Shown here piece after piece: positions 18,729-28,246 of a DNA stretch of 64,000 bases. The notes under the pieces were generated by a model. That model ran no database searches. It worked only from the letters and a program-made list of their open reading frames with translations, and was not told where the DNA came from. Positions within the stretch are counted from its first letter, which is position 1. The number at the start of each line of letters is the position of its first letter. The translations under genes and the position numbers were made by a program. The stretch comes from Geopsychrobacteraceae bacterium (lineage in GTDB: Bacteria; Desulfobacterota; Desulfuromonadia; Desulfuromonadales; Geopsychrobacteraceae). The stretch spans positions 544,001 to 608,000 of the forward strand of contig CAXXTB010000001.1 in NCBI GenBank assembly GCA_963676795.2, in the 5' to 3' direction.

Positions 18729-19043
18729 CTCAAAATGTTCACACTCTTTCGAAAACTTATTCAACAAAGATACGTATGCTTCATGAGGGAAACCCAGATC
18801 AGAAATAAATTTGCCTGTTGAAAGACTGTTTGCGCCATAAAGAAGTTCACGTAGACAATCACGGCAGATAGCAATGGCAGCTTCGTAATTATCGACTAAG
18901 GAAGTTGGCCAATTGACTTTCATTCTGTTGAGGGATGACAATTCTATTCCGAGCAAAACCGGACATTCCCAATCCCAACGAGAAAGCCAATACTCAAACG
19001 TTCTCACAATAGCCAAATTTTCGTTTTCAGATAGTTCGATCAT
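18723..19043 (-). CDS. Cassette 2: hypothetical protein (106 aa)
   Basis: ORF fills the cassette from GTTATAACTATG to a stop inside R''. Confidence 0.75.
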   Translation of the reverse strand: MIELSENENLAIVRTFEYWLSRWDWECPVLLGIELSSLNRMKVNWPTSLVDNYEAAIAICRDCLRELLYGANSLSTGKFISDLGFPHEAYVSLLNKFSKECEHFEL

Positions 19044-19052
19044 AGTTATAAC

Positions 19053-20815
19053 GAATCTGTAGAAAAACCGGGATCACTGAGTTCTCATATCCCGGAATCG
19101 AGTTAATGTTTCGATGTCCAGCTGGTTTATTCCCGTTTGCTCATTTAAGCATCTTTTGCCGTATTATCCATCCGGAATTTTTAAGATTTCTGCATTTTTC
19201 AGGCGTTTTCTCCCTCTATGCCATCCCGAAACGGTGAATCTTGGTCAGATTATGCAACAGGGTGAATAGTTTCCATTGGCCGTCAACCTTGGCTTTACTG
19301 CGCAGGCTGAACCTTTTGATGCCGATAGCTTCGCAGATGTGGCCGAAGACCGGTTCGACAATACCGAGACGCTGGCTGTAGATATGGCGGCCGAGTTTGC
19401 TGTCGATTTTCTGCTTCATCCGTTCCAGGGGGCCGTTCTTTTCAGTTTCGACATGCTCAAGTAATAAGTTGAGCTGGCGGGCGCCTTTTTGTTTGCTGCT
19501 CTTTAAACATCTGTCGCGCAGCGGGCAGTTATCACAATCCTCTTTGTGCCCCATGAACTGCATGAAGAGATTATCGCGGATTTTGGCTTTGGCACATTTG
19601 AGCCACAGGCTCTTTCCGGCCGGGCAGATGCAGGTCTGCTGTTCGATATCCACCTGAAAGTCATCACCGCTGAAACGGTTTCGGGCGGAAGACTTCCTCC
19701 GGATCTCCGGTTTGTGCTGGCCGGCATCGGCAAAGCGGGGGTCGCGGGAACGAAAGCCGTGATCGGCCAGATAGCCGTCAATTTGGTTTTTCTCCAGATA
19801 GTTCAAGGTGTCTTTGTTGCAGAACCCACTGTCGGCGAGAACCTTGGCCTGTTTTGATGGGGGAATGACATCTTTGTCGAAGGCTTTGTCGATCTGTTCG
19901 ACCAGCGGTTCCAGCAAGCCGTGTTCCTGCCCCTGACCAAAGGCTTCAGCACTGACAACAATCTGATGCTTACTGTCGACCGCCGCAACACCGACATAGC
20001 CCTGAATAACACCGTGACTGGTCTTCATCTTGGCACTGTCAGGATCGGTGATATTGCTCTGGACTTCGTTGCCACTGTAGCCTTTGCGGGGTTCGTTCTG
20101 TTTGAGAAAGCGGTCGATTTTGTCGCTGGCGGCCAGCAGAGTATCGATCTGTTTCTGCTGTTTCTGGCGGATCTGGTGATCATTTTCCCCTTTACGGTCT
20201 TCTTCGCGGTGCACATTGAGCATGTGGCGTACCGCCTGGTCGATCTTCCGGCTCTTCTTTCTTAACGCGTCGTGGGTGCCACTCCATTCTTTAGAGGCAT
20301 TTGAGGGCAGCTTGCAGCCGTCGATAGCAAACATCTCTCTACCGATCAATCCCATGTCGTCACAGATCATCAGGACCTGGTGGAAGAGCTTGGCAATCTC
20401 ACCGCTTGAGCCGGAGATGAAGTCGGCAATGGTGGTGAAGTGAGGGCGGCAGTCACTGGATAAGGCCATGAACAGAACATTCTCGCGGCACAACGCTTCA
20501 ATGCGGCGGCTGCCGGTGACGCCCCGGGCATAGGCCAGCAGGACAATTTTCAAGAGCAAGGCGGGGTCATAGGCCGGCCGGCCGTTGTCATCGTTCTTGT
20601 ATTTGTGATGGAAGATCGACAGATCGAGCTTGTTGTCGACCAGAAAACTGAGGGTGTACTCAAAGGTTCCGGGGAGAATCTGTTGTTCAAAGGAGATGGG
20701 CAGCAATACCGTTTGATGCGGATTGTAATCGATAAAACGCGCCATGTTTTCCCTCCCCTGAAAATCATAAAAAGTGGAGTAACTATAGCACATTTAAAGG
20801 TTTTTCTACAGCCTC
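19053..20815 (-). mobile_element. IS1182-family insertion sequence, copy 2 (1763 bp), at the core site of attC1
   Basis: Same IRs as copy 1; AAC repeated at 19050-19052 and 20816-20818. Confidence 0.92.
19216..20745 (-). CDS. IS1182-family DDE transposase, copy 2
   Basis: Differs from copy 1 at three residues near the C-terminus (V/L, R/Q, A/V). Confidence 0.92.
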   Translation of the reverse strand: MARFIDYNPHQTVLLPISFEQQILPGTFEYTLSFLVDNKLDLSIFHHKYKNDDNGRPAYDPALLLKIVLLAYARGVTGSRRIEALCRENVLFMALSSDCRPHFTTIADFISGSSGEIAKLFHQVLMICDDMGLIGREMFAIDGCKLPSNASKEWSGTHDALRKKSRKIDQAVRHMLNVHREEDRKGENDHQIRQKQQKQIDTLLAASDKIDRFLKQNEPRKGYSGNEVQSNITDPDSAKMKTSHGVIQGYVGVAAVDSKHQIVVSAEAFGQGQEHGLLEPLVEQIDKAFDKDVIPPSKQAKVLADSGFCNKDTLNYLEKNQIDGYLADHGFRSRDPRFADAGQHKPEIRRKSSARNRFSGDDFQVDIEQQTCICPAGKSLWLKCAKAKIRDNLFMQFMGHKEDCDNCPLRDRCLKSSKQKGARQLNLLLEHVETEKNGPLERMKQKIDSKLGRHIYSQRLGIVEPVFGHICEAIGIKRFSLRSKAKVDGQWKLFTLLHNLTKIHRFGMA

Positions 20816-20917
20816 AACGGCTTGGATAACCGGCGGCGACGCGAACTTGCATGTACCACCGAAGTATTCGAATATTTGCAGAGCTATTTTCCGTCCGCGT
20901 TGATTCTGTTGTTATAA
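20816..20917 (-). other. attC1 recombination site; IS inserted directly after the GTT of R'
   Basis: R'' (GC)TTATAAC complements the cassette start GTTATAA(GC) at attI; ends GGTTATCCAAGCCGTT then IS. Confidence 0.82.
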
Positions 20918-21334
20918 GCTGAGCAATTTAGTTATGAGCTCTTTGATCTTCTTTTTTTCGTCAGGGAACGTGTGCAAATACATATTGTTTTCAAATCTTA
21001 CTCTAGACACGATTTGCGCTGTCTTGGGGTCAATTAGTTGGATTTCAACCGCTCTTAAGTATGGTGCTAAATCCCATGACCATGCGTCAAAATACGTAAG
21101 GATGTATTTGAAACTTTCATTTTTATCGAGAGGAGGGCCAGAAAGGGCTGTCATGCCCATATTAATGATCTCGTCTTGGATCAATTTGTCCATGTCATTT
21201 CGTTGATATGGATTTTTAACAATGTATATCGACTTGCTAGAGTCGACAGAGATTGGAATGGCTGAATTTTTGTGGACTGCTGAGCATCCTGTCATGAAAA
21301 CAACAATAGCAAGTACGAATAACATTCTTTTCAT
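20912..21334 (-). CDS. Cassette 1: lipoprotein of unknown function
   Basis: MKRMLFVLAIVVFMTGC lipobox; AAGGA RBS; stop codon inside R''. Confidence 0.8.
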   Translation of the reverse strand: MKRMLFVLAIVVFMTGCSAVHKNSAIPISVDSSKSIYIVKNPYQRNDMDKLIQDEIINMGMTALSGPPLDKNESFKYILTYFDAWSWDLAPYLRAVEIQLIDPKTAQIVSRVRFENNMYLHTFPDEKKKIKELITKLLSL

Positions 21335-21356
21335 AATATTGGTTCCTTGGAGTTGC

Positions 21357-21374
21357 TTATAACGGTAATTAGAC
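21357..21374 (-). other. attI site (core GTTATAA with degenerate L box)
   Basis: GTCTAATTACC-GTTATAAGC upstream of the first cassette and divergent from intI; matches R'' of attC1. Confidence 0.7.
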
Positions 21375-21500
21375 GGCCTAAAAGTCGTAATCAAATACGG
21401 CAAAGACCGTGGTTTGAATAATATTACTTGATATCCGGTAGGTTACAATTATCCTATTAAATAATAAAGCATTAAATACTGCATTCACTGGAGGGGGCCA

Positions 21501-22475
21501 ATGAATCAGACGTCTTCTGCTCCAAAATTATTGGATCAAGTGCGTGATGCTGTGCGTACCTTGCATTACAGTATCCGCACCGAACAGGCTTATGTGAACT
21601 GGATCAGACAGTTCATTCTTTTTCACAACAAGCGTCATCCCCGGGATATGGGCGGAGATGAGGTTCAGTCTTTCCTGACTTTTCTTGCCGCGCGCAGAAA
21701 CGTTTCTGCATCTACTCAGAACCAGGCTCTGGCGGCAATCCTGTTTCTTTACAAGCAGGTTCTCAAAGTCGACCTGGACTGGCTGGACCAGTTTCAGCGG
21801 GCCAAGAAACCGAAGCGCTTGCCGGTTGTATTTACCCGTCATGAAGTTCAGCGTCTGCTCACCTGTCTTGACGGACAGAATCAGTTGATGGCTAATCTGC
21901 TCTACGGCGCCGGGCTGCGGTTGATGGAGTGCTTGCGCCTGCGGGTGGCTGATATCGACTTTGAGCGTTCCCAGCTTTTTGTCCACGAGGGGAAGGGGCA
22001 GAAGGATCGTGTGACGGTGTTGCCGCAGAAACTCAAGGGCCCGTTGATGTTGCAACTTGAACGAGTGCGGGAACTACATTGTCGTGATCTGGACGCCGGC
22101 TACGGTTCTGTCTATTTATCCCAGGCCCTGGCGCGCAAGTATCCGCATGGGGAACGAGATTGGCGCTGGCAGTATGTTTTCCCGGCGGCAAAGCGCAGTA
22201 CCGACCCGCGCAGTGGGCAAATCAGGCGTCACCATCAGGATGCCAGTGTGCTGCAGCGGGCGGTGAAACACGCGGTGCGGTCAGCTGGAATCAGCAAGGC
22301 TGGCAGTTGTCACACCTTGCGCCACAGTTTTGCGACTCATCTGCTGGAAAGCGGTACAGATATCAGAACCATTCAGGAACTGCTTGGCCATCAGGATGTC
22401 TCGACGACGATGATCTACACCCATGTGATAAACCGGGGAGCGCAGGGGGTGATCAGTCCGATTGATCAACTATAA
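21501..22475 (+). CDS. intI: Integron integrase (tyrosine recombinase)
   Basis: [34 protein letters not shown], integron-specific insert [46 protein letters not shown]. Confidence 0.97.
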   Translation: MNQTSSAPKLLDQVRDAVRTLHYSIRTEQAYVNWIRQFILFHNKRHPRDMGGDEVQSFLTFLAARRNVSASTQNQALAAILFLYKQVLKVDLDWLDQFQRAKKPKRLPVVFTRHEVQRLLTCLDGQNQLMANLLYGAGLRLMECLRLRVADIDFERSQLFVHEGKGQKDRVTVLPQKLKGPLMLQLERVRELHCRDLDAGYGSVYLSQALARKYPHGERDWRWQYVFPAAKRSTDPRSGQIRRHHQDASVLQRAVKHAVRSAGISKAGSCHTLRHSFATHLLESGTDIRTIQELLGHQDVSTTMIYTHVINRGAQGVISPIDQL

Positions 22476-22572
22476 AAGGCGATTTCAAGTTTTTCTGCGT
22501 CTGACATTGTCAACGGTCGATGCGTCCATGTAGATTGAATGCATTCAGAATTTCACGCGTAAGGAGCCCGCA

Positions 22573-23031
22573 ATGAATTACTGGCTGATGAAATCGGAAC
22601 CTAATGCTTTCAGCATCGACGATCTGCAGGCGATGCCGGAGCAGACCGAGCACTGGGACGGGGTGCGCAACTATCAGGCGCGCAACATGATGCGTGATGA
22701 GATGAAGATCGGCGACCGGGTCTTTTTCTACCATTCCAACTGCGATGTGCCAGGGATCGTCGGGGTGATGGAGGTGGTGAAGGAAGGCTACCCGGATTTT
22801 ACCGCCTTTGACCCGCACAGCAAATATTTTGACGACAAGAGCGACCCGGTCAAGCCGCGCTGGTTCATGGTCGATGTGAAGTATGTCCGCCATACCCGTC
22901 GGGTGATCTCGCTGACGGAGCTCAAGGAGCATGACGCGCTGGAGAACATGCAGCTGGTACGCAAAGGCAACCGCCTGTCGATCATGCCGGTCAGCCAGGC
23001 GGAGTGGGACTATATCCTCGGTCTGGAATAG
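22573..23031 (+). CDS. EVE-domain protein
   Basis: MNYWLMKSEP, WDGVRNYQARN, FFYHSNC, RLSIMPV. Confidence 0.92.
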   Translation: MNYWLMKSEPNAFSIDDLQAMPEQTEHWDGVRNYQARNMMRDEMKIGDRVFFYHSNCDVPGIVGVMEVVKEGYPDFTAFDPHSKYFDDKSDPVKPRWFMVDVKYVRHTRRVISLTELKEHDALENMQLVRKGNRLSIMPVSQAEWDYILGLE

Positions 23032-23048
23032 CTGTGCGGTTGGCTGAA

Positions 23049-23399
23049 ATGCAGGAATCGGATAGACCGGTCGGGTCGTGTAAAAACTGTACCCTGCTGC
23101 TGATGGAAAAGTGCTACGGGCGCAGCTGGTGGTTCCGTCTGGTGCGTGAGCCGTTGTTGTTGGGGATGCGTCTGCTGGCCCGTTGGCACGGAATCGGTGC
23201 CGGGGATTATCTGGTCAATAATCCCGAGTGTGTTGGCTGTATCCGCTTCATGAAGAAGGGGTTGCAGGAAAAATCGCCCCTGTTCCGCTGGCTGGACGGT
23301 TGGATCGGCCCGCATTTCAAGGGGCTCAGCGAGACGCTGCTGACGGAGGAAGACAAGGCCGAGGCGAAGCAAAGGGCTAAGGAGCGGCTGGGGGAGTAG
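23049..23399 (+). CDS. Hypothetical protein with two CxxC motifs
   Basis: CKNC and CVGC; follows the EVE gene; start uncertain. Confidence 0.6.
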   Translation: MQESDRPVGSCKNCTLLLMEKCYGRSWWFRLVREPLLLGMRLLARWHGIGAGDYLVNNPECVGCIRFMKKGLQEKSPLFRWLDGWIGPHFKGLSETLLTEEDKAEAKQRAKERLGE

Positions 23400-23528
23400 G
23401 TGCGTCCGGCAAGCGAGACTTGCCGATACTGGGCCTGTTTATCCTCTTGACCAGCGTGGTTATTTTCTCTAATCTGACTAAAAAAATACGTCATAAGACG
23501 TAAAGATTTAGTCAAAAGAGGCCCAGCC

Positions 23529-23858
23529 ATGCTTGAAGCATTGTTCGGAACTGTAAACCGTGAAAAAGTCCTGATTTACATCTACTGCCGTGAAGAGGGA
23601 TATCCTCGGGAGGTCGCTCAGTTTTACGCGACAGATCTACGCTCGATCCAGAATCAGTTTGAAAAGCTGGAGCATGGAGGAGTGCTTTTCAGCCGTTTGG
23701 TTGGAAACACAAGGCTCTACGCGTTTAACCCGCGTTACCCCTTTCTTGCTGAACTCAAAACCCTTTTGGAGAAGGTGCTGACGTTTTATCCCGACGACGA
23801 GCTTGAACGCTTGTCTATAGCTAGAAAGCGTCCACGCAGGGCGGGTAAGCCTTTATGA
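23529..23858 (+). CDS. Winged-helix DNA-binding protein (possible antitoxin/regulator of the next gene)
   Basis: MLEALFG...EGYPREVA...IQNQFEKLE.GGVL...GNTRLYAFNPRYPF; ATGA overlap with the next ORF. Confidence 0.75.
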   Translation: MLEALFGTVNREKVLIYIYCREEGYPREVAQFYATDLRSIQNQFEKLEHGGVLFSRLVGNTRLYAFNPRYPFLAELKTLLEKVLTFYPDDELERLSIARKRPRRAGKPL

Positions 23859-24366
23859 AGCTGGTCAGAGAGATGACCGCTGGTGAGTTGGCGGCCTATG
23901 TCTGTACTCATCTGCGAGACGAGGGGATCGATGTCGTATTGTCGGGGGGCGGTTGTGTTTCTCTCTATACTCTGGGGCAGTATGTTTCCTACGATCTTGA
24001 CTTTATCGAGCTCTTTCCTCCGGACGCAGAAAGCTGAAAAGAACTCTTGCTGAAATTGGTTTTGTTGAGGAAGGGCGCTATTTCAAGCATCCTGATACCC
24101 TGTATTTTCTCGAATTTCCGCCGGGGCCACTAGCCGTGGGTGATGAGCCGCCTCGTGAGCTTAAGGCATTGTCTGCCACGGATTGTGTAAAGGATCGTCT
24201 TTCCGCTTACTTTCACTGGAATGATTTGGAGTGTCTGGAGCAGGCCTTGTTGATTGCTGAAGGGCAACAGATTGATCTTGTGGAAATCGAGCGTTGGTCT
24301 CATACGGAGGGGCAGGCCAGCAAGTTCGTGCTATTTACGGAGCGATTGCAGCAGGGGAAGAACTGA
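23855..24366 (+). pseudogene. Frameshifted nucleotidyltransferase-like gene
   Basis: VVLSGG...SYDLDF NTase motif; reading continues in the -1 frame near 24014-24016 into GFVEEGRYFKHP..EFPPGPLAVG..TDCVKDRLSAYFHWND. Confidence 0.7.
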
Positions 24367-24448
24367 CTGGCAGTGTCTTGCCCTGCTGATCCTTGACAGG
24401 AGGAAAGGTTGTTTAGCTTTTCTTTGCGTCTTCGCGTGAGCCTGATTT

Positions 24449-25459
24449 TCAGCTCTGTCCTTCCTCATTCTTCACCTCTTCCGGATACAGGCCCCGCACC
24501 CGGGCAAAAAGCCTGGTCAAGCCCAGCAGGGTATCGATATCCGGGGTTTTGACCCCGACCTTCTGGCCGATCTCGCGGACCGCGCTGACCAGGGCATCGA
24601 TCTCGAGCGGGCGCCCCGCTTCGACATCCTGAAGCATCGAGGTTTTGAAGGCGCCGAGCTTGCGGGTCACCAGATTGCGCTGTTCGGGGGACTGCTCGAT
24701 GGGGCAGCCGATGCGGGCGCCGATGGCCGAGGCTTCGAGCATAATCCGGTTACAGAAGGTTCTCACCAGTTCGTCATCGAGCACCCTGTCGCAGGTTGCC
24801 CCGGTGATTGCCGTGACCGGATTCATGGTCATGTTGCCCCACAGCTTGTACCAGATCTCGCGCTGGATGCTGTCGGTCGTTTCGATCTCGATCCCCGCTT
24901 TCTCAAGCAGGGCGGCCAGGCGGTGCAGGCGTTCGGAGCGGCTGCCGTCAGGTTCGCCGAGGATCAGTTTCTTGCCGAAAGCGTGGCGGGCGAAGCCCGG
25001 TTCCTTGAGAGAAAAGCTGCCATGGACCACGCAGCCGATGACATTTTTGACCGGGATCGCCGCTGCGATGCTGCCGCCGGGATCGACGGATTCGAGCTGC
25101 AGGTCAGAGTATTCCCCGCCGAAGCCGGCGAAGTACCACCAGGGGATACCGTTCATGGCGGTCAGGACGATGGTCTGCGGGCCGATCAGTGGGGCGATAT
25201 GGGCTGCGACCTCGCTCATCGCCTGGGCCTTGACAGCAAGGATGACCAGGTCCTGGGCACCGAGTTCCCCGGGGGTGTCGGTTGCATTCAGCTCTGCTGT
25301 ATAGAGGCGGCCTTCAAACTCAAGGCGCAGGCCGTTGCGTTTCAGGGCGTCCAGCGTGGTGCCACGGGCAATGGCTGACAATTCGCAGCCGCTCTGGGCC
25401 AGCAGAGCGCCGATAAAGCCACCGACGGCACCGACTCCGTAGATGCAGATTTTGTTCAT
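24449..25459 (-). CDS. panE: 2-dehydropantoate 2-reductase
   Basis: GVGAVGG, LAVKA, WYKLWGN, TSMLQD..AGRPLEID. Confidence 0.9.
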   Translation of the reverse strand: MNKICIYGVGAVGGFIGALLAQSGCELSAIARGTTLDALKRNGLRLEFEGRLYTAELNATDTPGELGAQDLVILAVKAQAMSEVAAHIAPLIGPQTIVLTAMNGIPWWYFAGFGGEYSDLQLESVDPGGSIAAAIPVKNVIGCVVHGSFSLKEPGFARHAFGKKLILGEPDGSRSERLHRLAALLEKAGIEIETTDSIQREIWYKLWGNMTMNPVTAITGATCDRVLDDELVRTFCNRIMLEASAIGARIGCPIEQSPEQRNLVTRKLGAFKTSMLQDVEAGRPLEIDALVSAVREIGQKVGVKTPDIDTLLGLTRLFARVRGLYPEEVKNEEGQS

Positions 25460-25569
25460 GTCTGGCTCCTTCTCATGAAATGGCGGATTTGGGAACGACT
25501 AAAGCAATATAGCCGAGGTGCAGGCGATTTAAAATCGTTAAGTCCGCCCCACGGCCCTTTGCTGATTTG

Positions 25570-26082
25570 TCAGAGAGCTGTTTGCAGAGAGGACGCAGAA
25601 CTCTGGCCAAGGGTGATTCCTTTGGTCTGCATGTAGTTCTGCAGGCGTAGCAGGTGGTGCTTGTCCTGTTCGTTGAGCTGCTGGAAAATCTTCAGAAGGA
25701 TGTCGTCTGCCTGTTGAGTCATGGCTTTCTGATAGTGCGCTTCGCCGGCAGATTCTTCGAGCTGAATCGCCAGGGAGAAGGCTTCTTCTCTGGTTGGAGG
25801 GGACTGCTCAAGCTGCTTCAGCAGGTTTGACAGCTGGACATTGATTTCGATCAAGGCTTCGAGGGCTGGTGAAACGATCTGGGCCGGAATGTGTCCGCTC
25901 GGGACAAAGCTTTCCAGGGCGCTGCGGAGCAGGGCCGCGTGGTTGTTTTCTTCAAGGGTCAGCTGCCACCACAGGTCATTATCTTCCTTAAACTCATGAT
26001 AGAAAAGTTTATAAAGCTTGCCGATCTGCAATTCGAGTCTGATCGCTTCCTCGGCAAGGGGGATGAATTGGTCCTTGTGCAT
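25570..26082 (-). CDS. Ferritin/rubrerythrin-like protein
   Basis: AIRLE, EENNHA, AIQLEE..GEAHY, DKHH four-helix di-iron pattern. Confidence 0.7.
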   Translation of the reverse strand: MHKDQFIPLAEEAIRLELQIGKLYKLFYHEFKEDNDLWWQLTLEENNHAALLRSALESFVPSGHIPAQIVSPALEALIEINVQLSNLLKQLEQSPPTREEAFSLAIQLEESAGEAHYQKAMTQQADDILLKIFQQLNEQDKHHLLRLQNYMQTKGITLGQSSASSLQTAL

Positions 26083-26380
26083 TGGTCTGCCGTCCGTAAG
26101 GGGAATTTTTCACTGTTGTCAGTGTTGATCTGGTGCTGCTGAGAAAAGAGCGCGAGGTAATTCACTTGGGGGCCAGAGTCGGGACAACGGTATATTCGTT
26201 AGTAAATAGATAAAGATTTGTGAATCTTTTTTCAATAGAAAATTCATTGGTCAGGGGCGGAGTTGAGGCTGCTCATTGGCAGTCAAACCGTGCTATCATA
26301 GTATTCATACATGGTTTTTGATCTCTGGCTTAATATGTGACCAACGTCCGATAAATACCCGAATCTGACTGGAGGATGAC

Positions 26381-26656
26381 ATGGAAAAGTCACTGGAGCA
26401 GTTGTTTTACTTCGCCCTTGGCAGTGCCCTGGCGGTCAAGGAAAAGGTGGAAAAGAACAGCGGGGAGTTCAGGGCGGCCGCCGACAATGCTGAAAAGAAC
26501 GCCCGTGAGTTTTTCGATCAGATGGCCAAAAAAGGCGAAGAAGAAAAGGGGCAGTTCCGCGAGATGCTCAAGGGGGTCATGAAAGAGGTGATCGACGACC
26601 TCGGCCTGGCCACCAGGGAAGACCTGGATCAACTCAGGAAGGATCTGGGCAAGTAG
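26381..26656 (+). CDS. Phasin-like small coiled-coil protein
   Basis: ALGSALAVKEKVE...KKGEEEK...LGLATREDLDQL. Confidence 0.7.
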   Translation: MEKSLEQLFYFALGSALAVKEKVEKNSGEFRAAADNAEKNAREFFDQMAKKGEEEKGQFREMLKGVMKEVIDDLGLATREDLDQLRKDLGK

Positions 26657-26658
26657 CC

Positions 26659-28230
26659 TTGCTGAATCAGCTTCGACTCTTTCTGGCTCTCTGCAGTCCG
26701 CGGCGCAGCTATCTGGTGTTCCGTTTTCTGATCACCCTGTTTCTGCTCTTCCGGCGTAAGTCGCGTTGGCTGGGGATGGAGCCGTTGTCGCCAGAGCAGC
26801 TGGTCGAGAGCATCCGCCTTCTCGGGGCGAGCTTTCTCAAGCTGGCCCAGGTGCTGGCGACGCGGGCCGACTTCTTCGATGAGGATTACCTGACCGCTCT
26901 GCGCCAGCTTCATGACCGGATGCCGCCGATGGCGGAGAACGACCGGCTCAGGGTCATGGCCCGGGCATTTCCCGATATGGGCTGCTTTGCCGAGTTTGAC
27001 GACAGGCCGATTGCCAGCGCCTCGATCGGCCAGGTCCACCGGGCCAGGCTGGCGGAAAGCGGCGAGCTGGTAGCGGTCAAGCTGCTGCGCGAGCATATCC
27101 GCACGGTGGTGCGCGTCGATATCTTCCTGCTCAACCTGTTCCTCAGGCTGTTCAGGCCGCTTTTTTCCGATGAGACGCGCAATTCCCTCGAAGCGGTCTT
27201 GCGGGCCTTCAGCGGGATGATCCTGCAGGAAGTCAGCATGGCCCAGGAGCTGGCCAACCTGAATCATTTCAGCCAGGTCTATGCTGACAGCGGTGTGCGC
27301 TTTCCCAAAGCCTACCCCGAGCTGTGTTGTGACGAAGCGCTGGTGATGAGCTTCGAAGAGGGGTTTCGCATCGATGATCTCAAATCGATCAAAGCGGCGG
27401 GGCTGGAATTTTTCTCGCTGATGCAGACCCTGGTGATCTTCTACACCGAGCAGATGCTGGTCAACGGTTTCTTTCACGCCGATCCGCATCCGGGCAACCT
27501 GCTGGTCTCACGGGACGGTCAGTTGATCCTGCTCGATTTCGGCATGGTCAGCCGGATTCCCAAGAAGATGCGCGAAGCGATGATCTACGCGGTCAAGTCG
27601 GCCTATGAGCGTGATTTCGATATGCTGGTCAGCGCCACGCGGCGCATGGGGATGCTCACCGAAAAGGCCCAGCCGGAGCAGCTCAGTCATATCGCCGAGA
27701 GTCTCTTCGAGATCTTCGACAGCGATCATCTCGATGCGCGCAGCATGCAGGAGCTGGCCTTCGGGGTGCTCAATATCCTTCACGATCTGCCCTTCAAGCT
27801 GCCCCAGGATGTCATCTATGTGATGCGCGTCAGTTCGCTGATCGAAGGGCTGGGAACCCAGTTCAATCCCAACTTCAACGGGGTCAAGGACATCCTGCCG
27901 ATCCTCAAGAGCTACCTGCCGAAGGCGATCGATGAAGGCGGGCCGCCGTTCGACAAGCTGATCGGGGAACTTGTGCAGTTGCCGCTGACCCTGACCCGCA
28001 CCCGCCAGGTGGTCGAGCTGGCTCAGCAGGGGGATCTGCGCGTGCGGATGGCGCCCGAGGACCGCCAGTTCCTGCTCGACGGTATCGGCCGCATGGTCGG
28101 CCGGATCGGCTGGCTGATCTTCTGGCTGGCGCTGGCTTTCTATCTTTTTCAGGTGGGCCGGGGGTGGACGACGGGGGTGTCGGTTGTTTGTCTGCTCGCG
28201 GCGCTGGTGACCCTGCTGCGCAGGCCCTGA
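26659..28230 (+). CDS. AarF/UbiB (ABC1) kinase-like protein
   Basis: LKLAQVLATRAD, ASASIGQVHRA, VAVK, FFHADPHPGN, LLDFGM. Confidence 0.92.
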   Translation: MLNQLRLFLALCSPRRSYLVFRFLITLFLLFRRKSRWLGMEPLSPEQLVESIRLLGASFLKLAQVLATRADFFDEDYLTALRQLHDRMPPMAENDRLRVMARAFPDMGCFAEFDDRPIASASIGQVHRARLAESGELVAVKLLREHIRTVVRVDIFLLNLFLRLFRPLFSDETRNSLEAVLRAFSGMILQEVSMAQELANLNHFSQVYADSGVRFPKAYPELCCDEALVMSFEEGFRIDDLKSIKAAGLEFFSLMQTLVIFYTEQMLVNGFFHADPHPGNLLVSRDGQLILLDFGMVSRIPKKMREAMIYAVKSAYERDFDMLVSATRRMGMLTEKAQPEQLSHIAESLFEIFDSDHLDARSMQELAFGVLNILHDLPFKLPQDVIYVMRVSSLIEGLGTQFNPNFNGVKDILPILKSYLPKAIDEGGPPFDKLIGELVQLPLTLTRTRQVVELAQQGDLRVRMAPEDRQFLLDGIGRMVGRIGWLIFWLALAFYLFQVGRGWTTGVSVVCLLAALVTLLRRP

Positions 28231-28246
28231 TTGAAGGGAGATACGG

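Noticed and set aside
21375..21500. LexA box, Pc and Pint promoters in the attI-intI spacer
   Set aside because: AT-rich with several partial matches, but none fits a consensus and spacing well enough to call.
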